The translations under genes were made by a program, and so were the position numbers. DNA of 64,000 nucleotides from Patescibacteria group bacterium (GTDB lineage Bacteria; Patescibacteriota; Minisyncoccia; Phycocordibacterales; WO2-35-19), in NCBI GenBank assembly GCA_038065655.1, contig JBBTQO010000009.1:218-64217 (forward strand). The letters are read 5' to 3'. The notes under the pieces were generated by a model. That model worked only from the letters and a program-made list of their open reading frames with translations, was not told where the DNA came from and did no database searches. Below, in pieces: positions 8,555-17,714 of the stretch (position 1 is the stretch's first letter; each line of letters begins with the position of its first letter).

Positions 8555-9379
8555 TTACATTATTTCAATCAAAATAGGGCAGTGGTCTGAGCCTAAAACT
8601 TCCGGAAGTATTTTTGAATTTTTAATATTTGGTAAAAATTCTTTATTTACAAAAAAGTAGTCAATACGCCAACCAACGTTTCTCTCTCTAGCATTGGCCC
8701 AATGTGTCCACCAAGTATAATTGCCATTACCCTTAGTAAAATGGCGAAATGTATCAACAAATCCGGCTTTTATTATATTATCTATTCCTTTACGTTCCTC
8801 GTCTGTAAATCCATGTTCACCCTTGTTTTGCCTGGGGTTGGCCAAATCATCTGGAGTGTGGGCTACATTTAAATCACCACAGAAAATAACTGGTTTTGCT
8901 TGCCCTGAGTTTGTCGAATGGGTCAAATTTTTTATATATTCCAGAAAAGCTTTATCCCATTTTTGGTGACGAAGGGGGAGTCGACTTAAATCCTGTTTAG
9001 AGTTTGGCGTGTAAACATTAACAACAAAAAAATCCTTAAATTCAGCGGTTAAAACACGACCTTCTTTATTAGGATCGCCATAATTATCTTCTCCTAATTT
9101 ATATTTTTTGATAATTTCAGCAGGGAAGCCAAGAGTTATGTTTAGAACTTTCAAGTTGGCTAATTTTTTTACAAATATTGCTGTTCCGCTGTAACCAGCC
9201 TTTTCGGCGGAATTCCATATCTCTTCGTAGTCTTTTAAATCTATTTCATTTTGTTCTTTTTTAGACTTTATTTCTTGTAAACAAATAATATCTGGCTGAT
9301 ACTTCTCCACCATAGGCAAAAACAGTCCTTTCTTGTGAACTGCCCGCAATCCGTTTACGTTCCAAGATATGATTTTCAT
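8555..9379 (-). CDS. xth: exodeoxyribonuclease III / AP endonuclease (Xth family)
   Basis: 274 aa. MKIISWNVNGLRA...DIICLQEIK... and C-terminal ...LGSDHCPILIEI are the canonical ExoIII motifs. Confidence 0.9.
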   Translation of the reverse strand: MKIISWNVNGLRAVHKKGLFLPMVEKYQPDIICLQEIKSKKEQNEIDLKDYEEIWNSAEKAGYSGTAIFVKKLANLKVLNITLGFPAEIIKKYKLGEDNYGDPNKEGRVLTAEFKDFFVVNVYTPNSKQDLSRLPLRHQKWDKAFLEYIKNLTHSTNSGQAKPVIFCGDLNVAHTPDDLANPRQNKGEHGFTDEERKGIDNIIKAGFVDTFRHFTKGNGNYTWWTHWANARERNVGWRIDYFFVNKEFLPNIKNSKILPEVLGSDHCPILIEIM

Positions 9380-9421
9380 TGTCTTTTATTATGGAATTTT
9401 TTGTGGATATCGTGGAGGTGT

Positions 9422-9682
9422 TTATTTATAAACATCGTGATCCCCAACTGATAAAATAGCTGCGATTTTTTTAGAAACATACCGAAAAACGATACAAGTT
9501 TTGTAATTAACTGAAAAACTATATCTGCCAGTTAATTTACCATGCAATTTGTGCACTTTGAGTTGTTGATGATTTTTGCGATTTTTAAAAAGATTTATTT
9601 TATCCAAAACCTCTTCACCTAAAGCATATTCTAATTTTTTAAACTCTTTTATAAAATTGGGAGTATAAATTAACTCAATCAT
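9422..9682 (-). CDS. type II toxin, RelE/ParE family
   Basis: 86 aa. ...KLHGKLTGRYSFSVNYKTCIVFRYVSKKIAAILSVGDHDVYK fits the ParE/RelE C-terminal pattern. Immediately downstream of an RHH antitoxin gene. Confidence 0.75.
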   Translation of the reverse strand: MIELIYTPNFIKEFKKLEYALGEEVLDKINLFKNRKNHQQLKVHKLHGKLTGRYSFSVNYKTCIVFRYVSKKIAAILSVGDHDVYK

Positions 9683-9683
9683 T

Positions 9684-9944
9684 TTAATTCTTAAATTTTT
9701 TAAGGATTTTTCTTAGATCACCATAGAATATTTTGCCATCCAAAAGTTCTTGTTCGGCCCGAAGAACTGAGGCGACAGCTTCATCTTCCGCAAGTAAATC
9801 AATAGCTTTACGAACAACCTCAGCTTTGTTTGAGGCAAATTTTTGTTTGATCATGGAATTTATAAATTCTTCCTGGCTAGAGTTTATGGGTATTGATAGG
9901 GTGGTCATATTTGTATGATTATTTAATATGATAATATCATACAT
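9684..9944 (-). CDS. ParD/RHH-type antitoxin
   Basis: TTLSIPINSSQEEFINSMIKQKFASNKAEVVRKAIDLLAEDEAVASVL resembles ParD (ribbon-helix-helix). The true start may be the internal Met (MTTLSIP, at 9908). There is a 1-nt gap to the toxin gene. Confidence 0.7.
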   Translation of the reverse strand: MYDIIILNNHTNMTTLSIPINSSQEEFINSMIKQKFASNKAEVVRKAIDLLAEDEAVASVLRAEQELLDGKIFYGDLRKILKKFKN

Positions 9945-9967
9945 TAATCAATAAATTACGCAAGTGT

Positions 9968-10912
9968 TTAACCTCTTTTATTATGAAATTTTTTGTGGAT
10001 GTCGCGGAGGTGTTTGTCGGTGACATGGGTGTAGATTTGGGTGGTGCCTATGTTGGCGTGGCCGAGTAGAGCTTGCACAGAGCGCAGGTCGGCGCCATTT
10101 GAGAGTAAGTCGGTAGCAAAAAGATGGCGCATAGTGTGAGGCGTGACTTTTTTTGATATACCAGCTTTAATTGCATAATGTTTTACTATCCTCTCCACTG
10201 ATCTACGAGTAATGGCCAATCCTTTGCCGCGAGATTCTTGGGCCTTGCTGTTTTTTGATAGTTGAACAAAGAGTGCATCGTCCATATCTTTTCTCTTGGC
10301 TAAATATTCCTTCAAAACTTTTTTAGCATAGTCTGATATGAAAACCACTCGGAGCTTTCTGCCTTTGCCCATAATGGAAAGTTCGTCTGTAGTGAGGTCT
10401 ATATCGCGTGTTAGGGAACAAAGTTCAGAAACACGCAATCCGGTGGAAAAAAGTAATTCTAATATTGCCTTATCACGAAGTGCGTCAAGGCTATTATCTT
10501 TTGGGGCGTCTAACAATCTTTTTAATTCAGCGTTAGTGATGAGATCTAGAGATCTTTCAGGGGTTCTGGCCAGTTCAATCCTTTCCGAGGGCATAGACTT
10601 GATTTCTTGCCTAGCGAGATATTTTAGAAATGCCCTAATAGAGATTAAATAATAATTTTGGGTTTTTTTTGACATTGTTTCCCCTGTTTTTCTGTTGTTC
10701 CCTGTGACTTGGCGATTTAACCAAAGGCGGAATTCACGCACTACACTATCGGTAATGTCTTCAGGTTGTTTTGCTCCTGTTTGCTTTAAAAATACATCGA
10801 GATAATGCTGGTAATTCTCAACAGTTTTCAGAGCGCGACCCTTTTCAATCTCCACATATTCCAAAAATTGCCTTTTTAGTTGTTCTAGATCTTGTGCCAT
10901 ATATAACCCCAC
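9968..10912 (-). CDS. tyrosine recombinase XerC/XerD family
   Basis: 314 aa. C-terminal HTMRHLFATDLLSNGADLRSVQALLGHANIGTTQIYTHV carries the R..H..R..Y catalytic signature. Confidence 0.85.
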   Translation of the reverse strand: MGLYMAQDLEQLKRQFLEYVEIEKGRALKTVENYQHYLDVFLKQTGAKQPEDITDSVVREFRLWLNRQVTGNNRKTGETMSKKTQNYYLISIRAFLKYLARQEIKSMPSERIELARTPERSLDLITNAELKRLLDAPKDNSLDALRDKAILELLFSTGLRVSELCSLTRDIDLTTDELSIMGKGRKLRVVFISDYAKKVLKEYLAKRKDMDDALFVQLSKNSKAQESRGKGLAITRRSVERIVKHYAIKAGISKKVTPHTMRHLFATDLLSNGADLRSVQALLGHANIGTTQIYTHVTDKHLRDIHKKFHNKRG

Positions 10913-10939
10913 CCCTGACCCCTCCCCAAAGGGGAGGGG
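10904..10939 (+). repeat. Family-E C-rich leader + GC hairpin (TAACCCCACCCC...CCCCTCCCC-aaa-GGGGAGGGG)
   Basis: Read directly. Located in the xer upstream region. Confidence 0.5.
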
Positions 10940-11025
10940 AATAAGAAGTGAAAGTAAATTGTATCACTTTTTAACGTCGCACAATATTTTTTCAAAACAA
11001 AATTAAGGAGTGTTATAATTTAAAT

Positions 11026-11292
11026 ATGAAAACATTAGAACAATTTAAAAAAGAAGCATTCAGAAGGTCTGGGGTAAAAAGGGCTTATATTGAAATGCAA
11101 CCAGAAATCAAGATAATTCGGGCTCTTATTGTTTCGAGAAATGAAAAGGGGATGTCTCAGAGAAAATTGGCACAAAAAATAGGTATTACTCAATCAGCCC
11201 TTGCTCGTTTTGAGGCAGGTAGGATAAATCCAACTCTTTCTTTTCTTCAAAAAATAACAACAGGTCTTGGTTTGAGGTTATTGGTAAAATAA
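11026..11292 (+). CDS. XRE-family HTH regulator, HigA-like (orphan antitoxin-like)
   Basis: 88 aa. ...MSQRKLAQKIGITQSALARFEAGRINPTLSFLQKITTGLGLRL is a close paralog of the HigA-like protein at 22866..23195. No toxin partner is adjacent. Confidence 0.65.
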   Translation: MKTLEQFKKEAFRRSGVKRAYIEMQPEIKIIRALIVSRNEKGMSQRKLAQKIGITQSALARFEAGRINPTLSFLQKITTGLGLRLLVK

Positions 11293-11408
11293 TTCCTCTT
11301 CCTATTTCTTTATCTCTACCACTATTAGATACCCGTTTTAGGTGTTTGTAAACGAAAATTATCTGATGCTTTCAAGAAATCTATCAATTTCTTTAAATGA
11401 AGAAAGCG

Positions 11409-11861
11409 TCACAACACTTTGTTTTTGTATGGTTCTAGAAGTTCTGAATGAGACATTTTCCCTTTTTTATATCCGAGCTTATATCTTTTATAGAAAACAT
11501 GCTTCATAAGACTCAAAATCCCTGAGATAGTCTCTTCTTTTCTAAATAATCCCCTTTTTAAAATAGAAAACCATTGGGATAAAATATTTTTATAACGGAG
11601 GTAGATAATAACATCTGCAGATTTTAATCCTGGTTCTAGAAGCCAATATGTTGTCCCCTCAACTATCCACTTACCACTTAAATAATTTTCGGATATCAAT
11701 TTTAAAGCTTCCTGTCTATCACGCGATTTTGAAAACTTTACCTCATAAAAATAATCGTCTGTTGAATGGTGTTGTATATTCAGCTTTTCTGAAATTATTT
11801 TTGCTAAAGTTGATTTTCCTCTACCAGCATCGCCTGTGATTATTATTTTATTGTAGTTCAT
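11409..11861 (-). CDS. P-loop NTP kinase (adenylate-kinase / topology-modulation FlaR-like)
   Basis: 150 aa. Walker A GDAGRGKSTLAK near the N-terminus. Small-kinase architecture. Confidence 0.55.
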   Translation of the reverse strand: MNYNKIIITGDAGRGKSTLAKIISEKLNIQHHSTDDYFYEVKFSKSRDRQEALKLISENYLSGKWIVEGTTYWLLEPGLKSADVIIYLRYKNILSQWFSILKRGLFRKEETISGILSLMKHVFYKRYKLGYKKGKMSHSELLEPYKNKVL

Positions 11862-11902
11862 TATATCTTTATGAAATATTTAATTTTAGTATATCAAATA
11901 TT

Positions 11903-11937
11903 TTATTAAAAAAGACCGCTCATCGCTGAGCGGTCTT
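11903..11937 (-). terminator. intrinsic terminator of E4
   Basis: Perfect stem AAGACCGCTCA/TGAGCGGTCTT with loop TCGC, followed by a T-run on the minus strand. Confidence 0.6.
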
Positions 11938-11997
11938 GTGAACTCTGATCACCTCCTCTCAGGTGAGACCTTTTTGTGGCTGGTCAGGCCGTTTACT

Positions 11998-12318
11998 TTA
12001 CCCTACACTCGGAACACGTCCGAATTTTTCTTGCACCTCTGCAAATGTTTGGGGTAGAGTTTGTTTTTCGACGTCAAAATCTTCAATAATAATGACGCCT
12101 TGTTCTTCCAGAGGTTCAAACGAGCCCTCTGCACAGTCGCTCCCCTGTCTTTTGCGGGGGAGGGTTACTACGCAGTTAGCCGTCTTGAGAGAGCATAGAA
12201 GAAACGAACCTTCTCCGTCACATCGGATGCACTTTCCTTTTGGAATGTGCAGAGCGATGTAATCGTTGTGTCCCTGAAGAACATAACCGTGTTCGTTAGT
12301 AAATCGAAATGCGTTCAT
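11998..12318 (-). CDS. hypothetical Cys-containing small protein (GC-rich cassette E4)
   Basis: 107 aa, MNAFRFTNEHGYVLQGHNDYIALHIPKGKCIRCDGEGSF.... AAGGAG SD 7 nt upstream. TTGACT-N17-TGnTATAAT promoter at 12407..12436 (minus). Intrinsic terminator at 11903..11937. Confidence 0.5.
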   Translation of the reverse strand: MNAFRFTNEHGYVLQGHNDYIALHIPKGKCIRCDGEGSFLLCSLKTANCVVTLPRKRQGSDCAEGSFEPLEEQGVIIIEDFDVEKQTLPQTFAEVQEKFGRVPSVG

Positions 12319-12406
12319 GGTCAAACTCCTTATCCATACCTGCCTTTCGGTCAGGATTTTACTGGATTAAACTCAAAGAACTTTGGGCTTTTCAGCCTGC
12401 CCTTAT

Positions 12407-12436
12407 ATTATACACCCAATCAATATAAAAGTCAAG
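12407..12436 (-). promoter_or_regulatory. sigma70-like promoter (TTGACT-17-TATAAT with TG extension) for cassette E4
   Basis: Read directly on the minus strand: TTGACTtttatattgattgggTGTATAAT. Confidence 0.5.
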
Positions 12437-12483
12437 TAAAACGAAGGAAAATGGCTAAAAATAAAGTTTTTTGTGAAATAACG

Positions 12484-12545
12484 CCCATCACCTTCGCAAG
12501 GTGAGGGGCAACTTGCCGTGGGGCAAGTGGGGTGGGGTCGGAAGG
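12484..12545 (-). repeat. Family-C double-hairpin element (reverse orientation) in the rpsO leader
   Basis: Its reverse complement reads ccttccgaccccacccca-cttgccccacggcaag-ttgcccctcaccttgcgaaggtgatggg. Compare 56930..56990. Confidence 0.55.
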
Positions 12546-12639
12546 AAATTTGAAGATGGTCTTTTGGGGTAGGATATTCAAAGATCATCTTCGGGAAAGA
12601 GGATTTGCAAAAAAATGGGGTTTATGCTATCCTTTTGCC

Positions 12640-12912
12640 ATGCTTACAAAGAATAAAAAGCAAAGAATTATAAAGGAAGTAAAGGTACACGACACTGACA
12701 CTGGTTCTCCAGAAGTACAAATCGCGGTTCTTTCTCGTCGCATTGATGATTTGGCGGCACATTTAAAGAAAAACAAAAAAGATAAACATTCTCGTCGCGG
12801 TCTTTTGGGTTTAGTTGCTGACCGAAAGGCTCATATGAAATATTTGGAGAAAAAGGACACAAAGAGATATAATGCTCTTATTAAGAAGTTAGGACTTAAG
12901 AAAACTTCTTAA
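12640..12912 (+). CDS. rpsO: 30S ribosomal protein S15
   Basis: MLTKNKKQRIIKEVKVHDTDTGSPEVQIAVLSRRIDDLAAHLKKNKKDKHSRRGLLGLV...ALIKKLGL is the typical S15 sequence. A hairpin-rich leader with a 17-codon uORF lies upstream. Confidence 0.9.
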   Translation: MLTKNKKQRIIKEVKVHDTDTGSPEVQIAVLSRRIDDLAAHLKKNKKDKHSRRGLLGLVADRKAHMKYLEKKDTKRYNALIKKLGLKKTS

Positions 12913-12928
12913 ATTAATTTTTAATAAA

Positions 12929-13462
12929 ATGAGTGTAATTAAACATAAAAACCAGAGAGTTGGTATTTTTATTGATACGCAAAATTTATATCATAGTGCC
13001 AAAAACATTTATGGCGCCAAAGTAAATTTTGACCAAGTGGTCAAAGAAGGTTTGGCCGGAAGGTCACTTACTCGAGCAGTCGCCTATGTCATCACCACCG
13101 AATCTGGTGAAGAAAAAAGTTTTTTTGACGCTCTAGAAAAAATGGGGATTGAAACTAAAACCAAAAACTTACAAATTTTTGCCGGTGGCGCCAAGAAAGG
13201 GGATTGGGATGTGGGGCTTGCGGTTGACGCTATCAAACTAGCCCCTAAACTCGATGCTGTTATTTTAATCACTGGAGATGGGGACTTCGTACCATTGGTA
13301 GAATTTTTAAAAAATAATGGTTGCCAAGTGGAAGTGGCTTCTTTCGGTAAATCAACCTCGGCTCGCCTCATTGAGGCGGCGGATGATTTCATTGACCTCG
13401 ACAAAAATCCTCGCAAATATTTGATTTCAGCAATCAGAAACAAATCCCGAAATAGAATTTAA
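12929..13462 (+). CDS. NYN-domain (LabA-like, PIN-like) protein
   Basis: 177 aa. VGIFIDTQNLYHSAK...ILITGDGDFVPLVEFLKNNGCQVEVASF matches the NYN/DUF88 pattern. Confidence 0.7.
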   Translation: MSVIKHKNQRVGIFIDTQNLYHSAKNIYGAKVNFDQVVKEGLAGRSLTRAVAYVITTESGEEKSFFDALEKMGIETKTKNLQIFAGGAKKGDWDVGLAVDAIKLAPKLDAVILITGDGDFVPLVEFLKNNGCQVEVASFGKSTSARLIEAADDFIDLDKNPRKYLISAIRNKSRNRI

Positions 13463-13501
13463 TTTTATTTTTGCTATAATTAATCTTCCATCATATAAAT
13501 T

Positions 13502-15253
13502 ATGCATGTAGAAGATTCACAAATAAGAGATTTCATTATTGATGCCGGGCTTATCTCCAAATCAGAAGCCGAAGAAGCGGAGAAAGAAGCCAAATCAAAA
13601 AAGAAACCATTGGGTGAAATCCTGATATCAAAAGGCAAGTTTTCTGATGATGATTTAAGGAGGGTGCAAGCTTACATACTTGGTATCCCGTTTATAAATT
13701 TAAAAGGTCAAATCTTAAATAGAGATATTTTAAATCTTATTCCTGAACCGATTGCCAGAAAGCACAACATTGTGGCTTTTGAAAAAAAGGACGACTCGCT
13801 CGAGGTGGCGATGCTCGATACCGATGACCTCCAGGCCCTGAACTCAATCAAGAAAAAAGTGGGTTTGAAAATATTACCCCGCCTCACTGACTCGGAGTCA
13901 ATGCGTGGTGCTCTTATTCAATATCAAAAAAATCTTAAAGATGAATTTGGCGATATCATCAAAACTGATTCCGATGAGATAAAAACTATTACTGAAAAAT
14001 TACCAAACGAAAGCTCTTCCTTGGGAGATTTGAAAAAACTAGCCGAAGAATTGCCAGTAGTTAGGATTGTCGATACATTGCTCAAACACGCTATCATCCA
14101 AAATGCTTCTGATATTCACATTGAACCGTTGGAAGACCAGATTTTAGTGCGTTATCGCATTGACGGTATCTTGCACGATGCCATGATTTTACCTAAACAT
14201 ATTGGCTACTCTTTGGTAGCTCGTATCAAAGTGCTTTCCAGTTTAAAGCTAGATGAAAAAAGATTACCACAAGACGGCCGATTTAAAATTGATATGAATG
14301 GCGAGAAGGTTTCTTTTCGTGTTTCTACTTTACCGGTTTATTATGGAGAAAAGACGGTGATGCGACTTTTGCGCGAGTCGGTTTCCGGTTTTACTCTTGA
14401 GTCTTTAGGTTTTCATGGTCAAGGTTTAGAGCTTTTACATAAATCATTGCAACATACAACGGGTATGATTTTAACCACCGGCCCGACTGGATCAGGTAAA
14501 TCAACCACTTTGTATACAATGTTAGATATTTTAAATACTGCTGACGTCAACATTTCTACCATTGAAGATCCGATTGAATATCAAATGAAAAGAATAAACC
14601 AGACTCAGGTAAAACCGGAAATTGGGCTAACTTTTGCATCAGGCCTCCGAACTTTGGTGCGTCAAGACCCAGATATTATTATGGTGGGTGAAATTCGTGA
14701 TAATGAGACAGCCTCTTTGGCTATCAATGCATCATTAACTGGCCACTTAGTGCTATCAACTTTGCACACCAACTCCGCGGCTGGAGCAGTGCCTCGTTTG
14801 ATTGATATGAAAGTTGAACCATTTCTTATTATTTCCACCATTGACGCCATCATTGGCCAAAGATTAGTCAGAAAACTTTCAGATAAGAAAGAAAAATATT
14901 ATCTTTCTAAATCAGAAGTAGAATCAATTTCAAAAGTGGTCAATCTTGATATAGTCATTCAGGTTTTACAAGATGAAAAAATAGTAGGCAAAAAAGATGA
15001 TTGGGAAAATATACCATTTTATAGACCATCAAAAGATGCTGGAGAAGATGCTTTCAAAAGTCGTATCGGCATCTATGAAGTGCTCAATGTCTCTACTGCC
15101 ATTAAAGATTTAATTATCAAAGGTGCTTCCACTGAAGATATGGAACTGCAGGCCAAAAAAGAGGGAATGCTCACTATGCTTGAAGACGGTATTTTCAAAG
15201 CCGCCCAAGGTTTAACCACCATTGAAGAAGTTTTGCGAGTAGTGTCGGAATAA
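13502..15253 (+). CDS. pilB: type IV pilus assembly ATPase PilB/GspE
   Basis: 583 aa. GspE N-terminal domain. Walker A ILTTGPTGSGKSTTLY. Conserved Asp/His boxes. Confidence 0.9.
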   Translation: MHVEDSQIRDFIIDAGLISKSEAEEAEKEAKSKKKPLGEILISKGKFSDDDLRRVQAYILGIPFINLKGQILNRDILNLIPEPIARKHNIVAFEKKDDSLEVAMLDTDDLQALNSIKKKVGLKILPRLTDSESMRGALIQYQKNLKDEFGDIIKTDSDEIKTITEKLPNESSSLGDLKKLAEELPVVRIVDTLLKHAIIQNASDIHIEPLEDQILVRYRIDGILHDAMILPKHIGYSLVARIKVLSSLKLDEKRLPQDGRFKIDMNGEKVSFRVSTLPVYYGEKTVMRLLRESVSGFTLESLGFHGQGLELLHKSLQHTTGMILTTGPTGSGKSTTLYTMLDILNTADVNISTIEDPIEYQMKRINQTQVKPEIGLTFASGLRTLVRQDPDIIMVGEIRDNETASLAINASLTGHLVLSTLHTNSAAGAVPRLIDMKVEPFLIISTIDAIIGQRLVRKLSDKKEKYYLSKSEVESISKVVNLDIVIQVLQDEKIVGKKDDWENIPFYRPSKDAGEDAFKSRIGIYEVLNVSTAIKDLIIKGASTEDMELQAKKEGMLTMLEDGIFKAAQGLTTIEEVLRVVSE

Positions 15254-15273
15254 ATAAACTCAGTAAGAAAAGA

Positions 15274-15318
15274 ATAACTCATCCCTAACCCTTCTCTTAC
15301 AACAAGAGAAGGGTTTCC
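15274..15318 (-). repeat. Family-A element (reverse orientation)
   Basis: ataactcatccctaacccttctcttacaacaagagaagggtt. Confidence 0.6.
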
Positions 15319-15348
15319 GTGCAACTAGTACAAATAAGGCATTAATTT

Positions 15349-15684
15349 ATGTATAACGACCAGAAACAAAAAGAAAGAAGAAGAGAGCTTCGCAAAAATC
15401 AAACCGAAGCAGAAAAGATTTTGTGGCAGAAAATTAGAAATAGACAAATTAACAATTTTAAATTTCATCGTCAATATAGTGCTGGACCATATATTCTCGA
15501 TTTTTTCTGTCCAGAGATTCGTTTGGTAATAGAATTGGACGGTGAACAACATAAAGATACCAAAGAGTATGACAAAGAAAGAGAATTATTTCTGAAAGAC
15601 AAAGATATTAACGTGATCAGATTTTGGAATAATGAAGTTTTGGAGAATATTGAGAATATTTTAAATATCATTAGAGCATGCTAG
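15349..15684 (+). CDS. DUF559 endonuclease-domain protein (Vsr-like fold)
   Basis: 111 aa. ...ILWQKIRNRQINNFKFHRQYSAGPYILDFFCPEIRLVIELDGEQH...VIRFWNNEV is the classic DUF559 pattern. Confidence 0.75.
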   Translation: MYNDQKQKERRRELRKNQTEAEKILWQKIRNRQINNFKFHRQYSAGPYILDFFCPEIRLVIELDGEQHKDTKEYDKERELFLKDKDINVIRFWNNEVLENIENILNIIRAC

Positions 15685-15693
15685 ATTTAAGAG

Positions 15694-16277
15694 GTGAAAA
15701 TTAATAAATTACAGATAAACAAAAAAGCTTGGGATAAAGTTGCAGAACAATTTTTTTCTCACAGTGCTTTGCCGATATGGGGACCTTTTAATATAGGGAA
15801 GAACACAGATTTAATTGGTTCAATCAAAGGTAAAACATTTTTAGATATAGGATTTGGAAGCGGGCATTCAATAAAATATTTGATTGAAAGAGGAGCAAAA
15901 AAGGTATATGGCGTTGATATTTCAAACGCACAATTTCAATTTGCCAGTAAGCTCAACAAAAAACATGTTGAAGCTGGGACCACTCCTTTTTTACTGATGT
16001 AGAGGATTTGAAGGATAAGTTGGAAGTAAAGTATTCATATCACGATGAACATGAGGTATTTTAAAAAGAATGGAAAGGGGGGGCTCCTGTTTATTTAACT
16101 TATCGCAAAACTTCTACATGGTTTAAATTACTTCGAGAAACCGGTTTTAATGTAGTGGATTATCTGGAGCCGGAACCGATTTTAAAGAAAGATTTGAGCA
16201 AGTCGTATTACACAATAAACAAAGCTCAAAAAGTTCCTTGCTCAATGATTTGGGTGTGTGAAAAATCTGAAAAATAA
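15694..16277 (+). pseudogene. class I SAM-dependent methyltransferase, disrupted by two frameshifts
   Basis: The N-terminal part (LDIGFGSGHS...GAKKVYGVDIS) stops at 16002. Reading continues in other frames through a T6 run (~15990) and a G7 run (~16075). The C-terminal part ...WKGGAPVYLTYRKTSTWFKLLRETGFNVVDYLEP... ends at 16277. Confidence 0.6.
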
Positions 16278-16310
16278 AAAACGGCAACAAACAATATATT
16301 TTTGTTCTTA

Positions 16311-16359
16311 CCCCTCTCTTGTTGTAAGAGAGGTCGAGACGAAGTCCGGGTGAGTTATT
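16311..16359 (+). repeat. Family-A element
   Basis: cccctctctt-gttgt-aagagagg...gggtgagttatt. Confidence 0.6.
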
Positions 16360-16442
16360 TTAAAGAAAAAGAAATTGAGGCTAGTTATTTATACCCAAAA
16401 TTTTTTTATTATTTTTTATTATTGCTATAATTAAGACAAGTT

Positions 16443-17657
16443 ATGCCATTTTATAAATACAAATATTTAAAAGAAGGGAAGGAGTATGAAGAAACAAAAG
16501 AGTTTGCTGACAAAGCAACTCTCTATGCGGCAGTGCGTTCAAACAACGGATCGATACTTTCAGCCGAGGGAGTAAAATCCAAGAAAATTCCTTTCAAATT
16601 TTTCTCTTTTAGAAAAAAAGTAAAACCTCAAGAGGTTATTACCTTTGCCAAAAATCTTTCGGTGATGATAGATGCCGGGCTCTCGGTTTCTAGGGCGTTG
16701 GCTGTTTTAAGCAAACAAACAAAAAATAAAAATTTGGTTGCAGTTTTTGAGAGTATAAACACTTCAGTAAATGCTGGTGAAACACTATCAAAATCTTTAG
16801 AAGCGCATTCAGAAATATTTTCCAGTTTGTTTGTCTCTATGGTTAGAGCCGGTGAGGAATCAGGTAAATTATCCTATTCTCTAAAAGTTATTGCTGATCA
16901 ACTTGAAAAATCTCATGCTATTTCTAAAAAAATAAAAGGAGCGATGATTTATCCTATTGTTATTGTTTGTGTGATGGTGGTTATCGGTATTGTTTTGATG
17001 GTTTATATGGTGCCAACCCTGACTGAAACTTTTAAAGGGCTTAATATTAAATTACCATTACCAACTAGAGTTATTATAGCAATCAGTGATTTTTTGATAG
17101 CTAATCTTCTTTTGACTGTGGGGACTCTTGTTGCTATTGGCATCAGTTTTGCTTATAGTCTTAAAACCCAAAGAGGCAAAAATACTTTAGATTTTATTAC
17201 CTTGCATATGCCAATGATTAAAAATATGTCTAAAGAAGTAAACGCCGCCAGGACGGCTAGAACTCTTTCTTCTCTCATTTCGTCTGGAGTAGATATTGTT
17301 TCTGCCGTTGGTATCACCAGTGCAGTATTGCAAAACCATTATTTCAAAGATTTGTTAGATGTGGCAGCTAAAAAAGTAGAAGTAGGTGAACTATTATCGG
17401 TCTCTCTTTCCAATGCAAACGGCAATCTTTACCCCGTTTTTGTGAGTGAAATGCTTAGTGTGGGCGAGGAAACCGGCAAAATAACCGAAATGCTCGACAA
17501 TATCGCTACCTATTATGAAAGCGAAACAGATCAAAAAACCAAGGACTTGTCGACTATTATTGAACCATTCCTTATGATTTTGATTGGTATTGTAGTTGGT
17601 ATCTTTGCGATCGCCATGATGCTCCCGACTTATTCTTTGGTTGACGCAATTCAGTAA
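16443..17657 (+). CDS. pilC: type IV pilus / T2SS platform protein PilC/GspF
   Basis: 404 aa polytopic membrane protein with two GspF repeats. Confidence 0.85.
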   Translation: MPFYKYKYLKEGKEYEETKEFADKATLYAAVRSNNGSILSAEGVKSKKIPFKFFSFRKKVKPQEVITFAKNLSVMIDAGLSVSRALAVLSKQTKNKNLVAVFESINTSVNAGETLSKSLEAHSEIFSSLFVSMVRAGEESGKLSYSLKVIADQLEKSHAISKKIKGAMIYPIVIVCVMVVIGIVLMVYMVPTLTETFKGLNIKLPLPTRVIIAISDFLIANLLLTVGTLVAIGISFAYSLKTQRGKNTLDFITLHMPMIKNMSKEVNAARTARTLSSLISSGVDIVSAVGITSAVLQNHYFKDLLDVAAKKVEVGELLSVSLSNANGNLYPVFVSEMLSVGEETGKITEMLDNIATYYESETDQKTKDLSTIIEPFLMILIGIVVGIFAIAMMLPTYSLVDAIQ

Positions 17658-17659
17658 TA

Positions 17660-17701
17660 TAACCTCACCCCCCAACCCCTCTCCTAGAAGCAGGAGAGGG
17701 G
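17660..17701 (+). repeat. Family-E element right after the pilC stop
   Basis: taacctcaccccccaa-cccctctcct-agaagc-aggagagggg. Confidence 0.5.
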
Positions 17702-17714
17702 AGAAAAAAGAAAA

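Noticed and set aside
11963-12262. 99-aa + strand ORF opposite cassette E4
   Set aside because: It is antisense to an ORF that has promoter, SD and terminator, and it has no start context.
13790-13850. Imperfect GC-rich inverted repeat inside pilB (ctcgaggtggcgatgctcgataccgatgacctccag), considered as a third in-frame palindromic insertion
   Set aside because: The arms are imperfect, the loop does not match the conserved TGCTCCGGTCCCA, and the encoded peptide aligns with normal PilB N-domain sequence.
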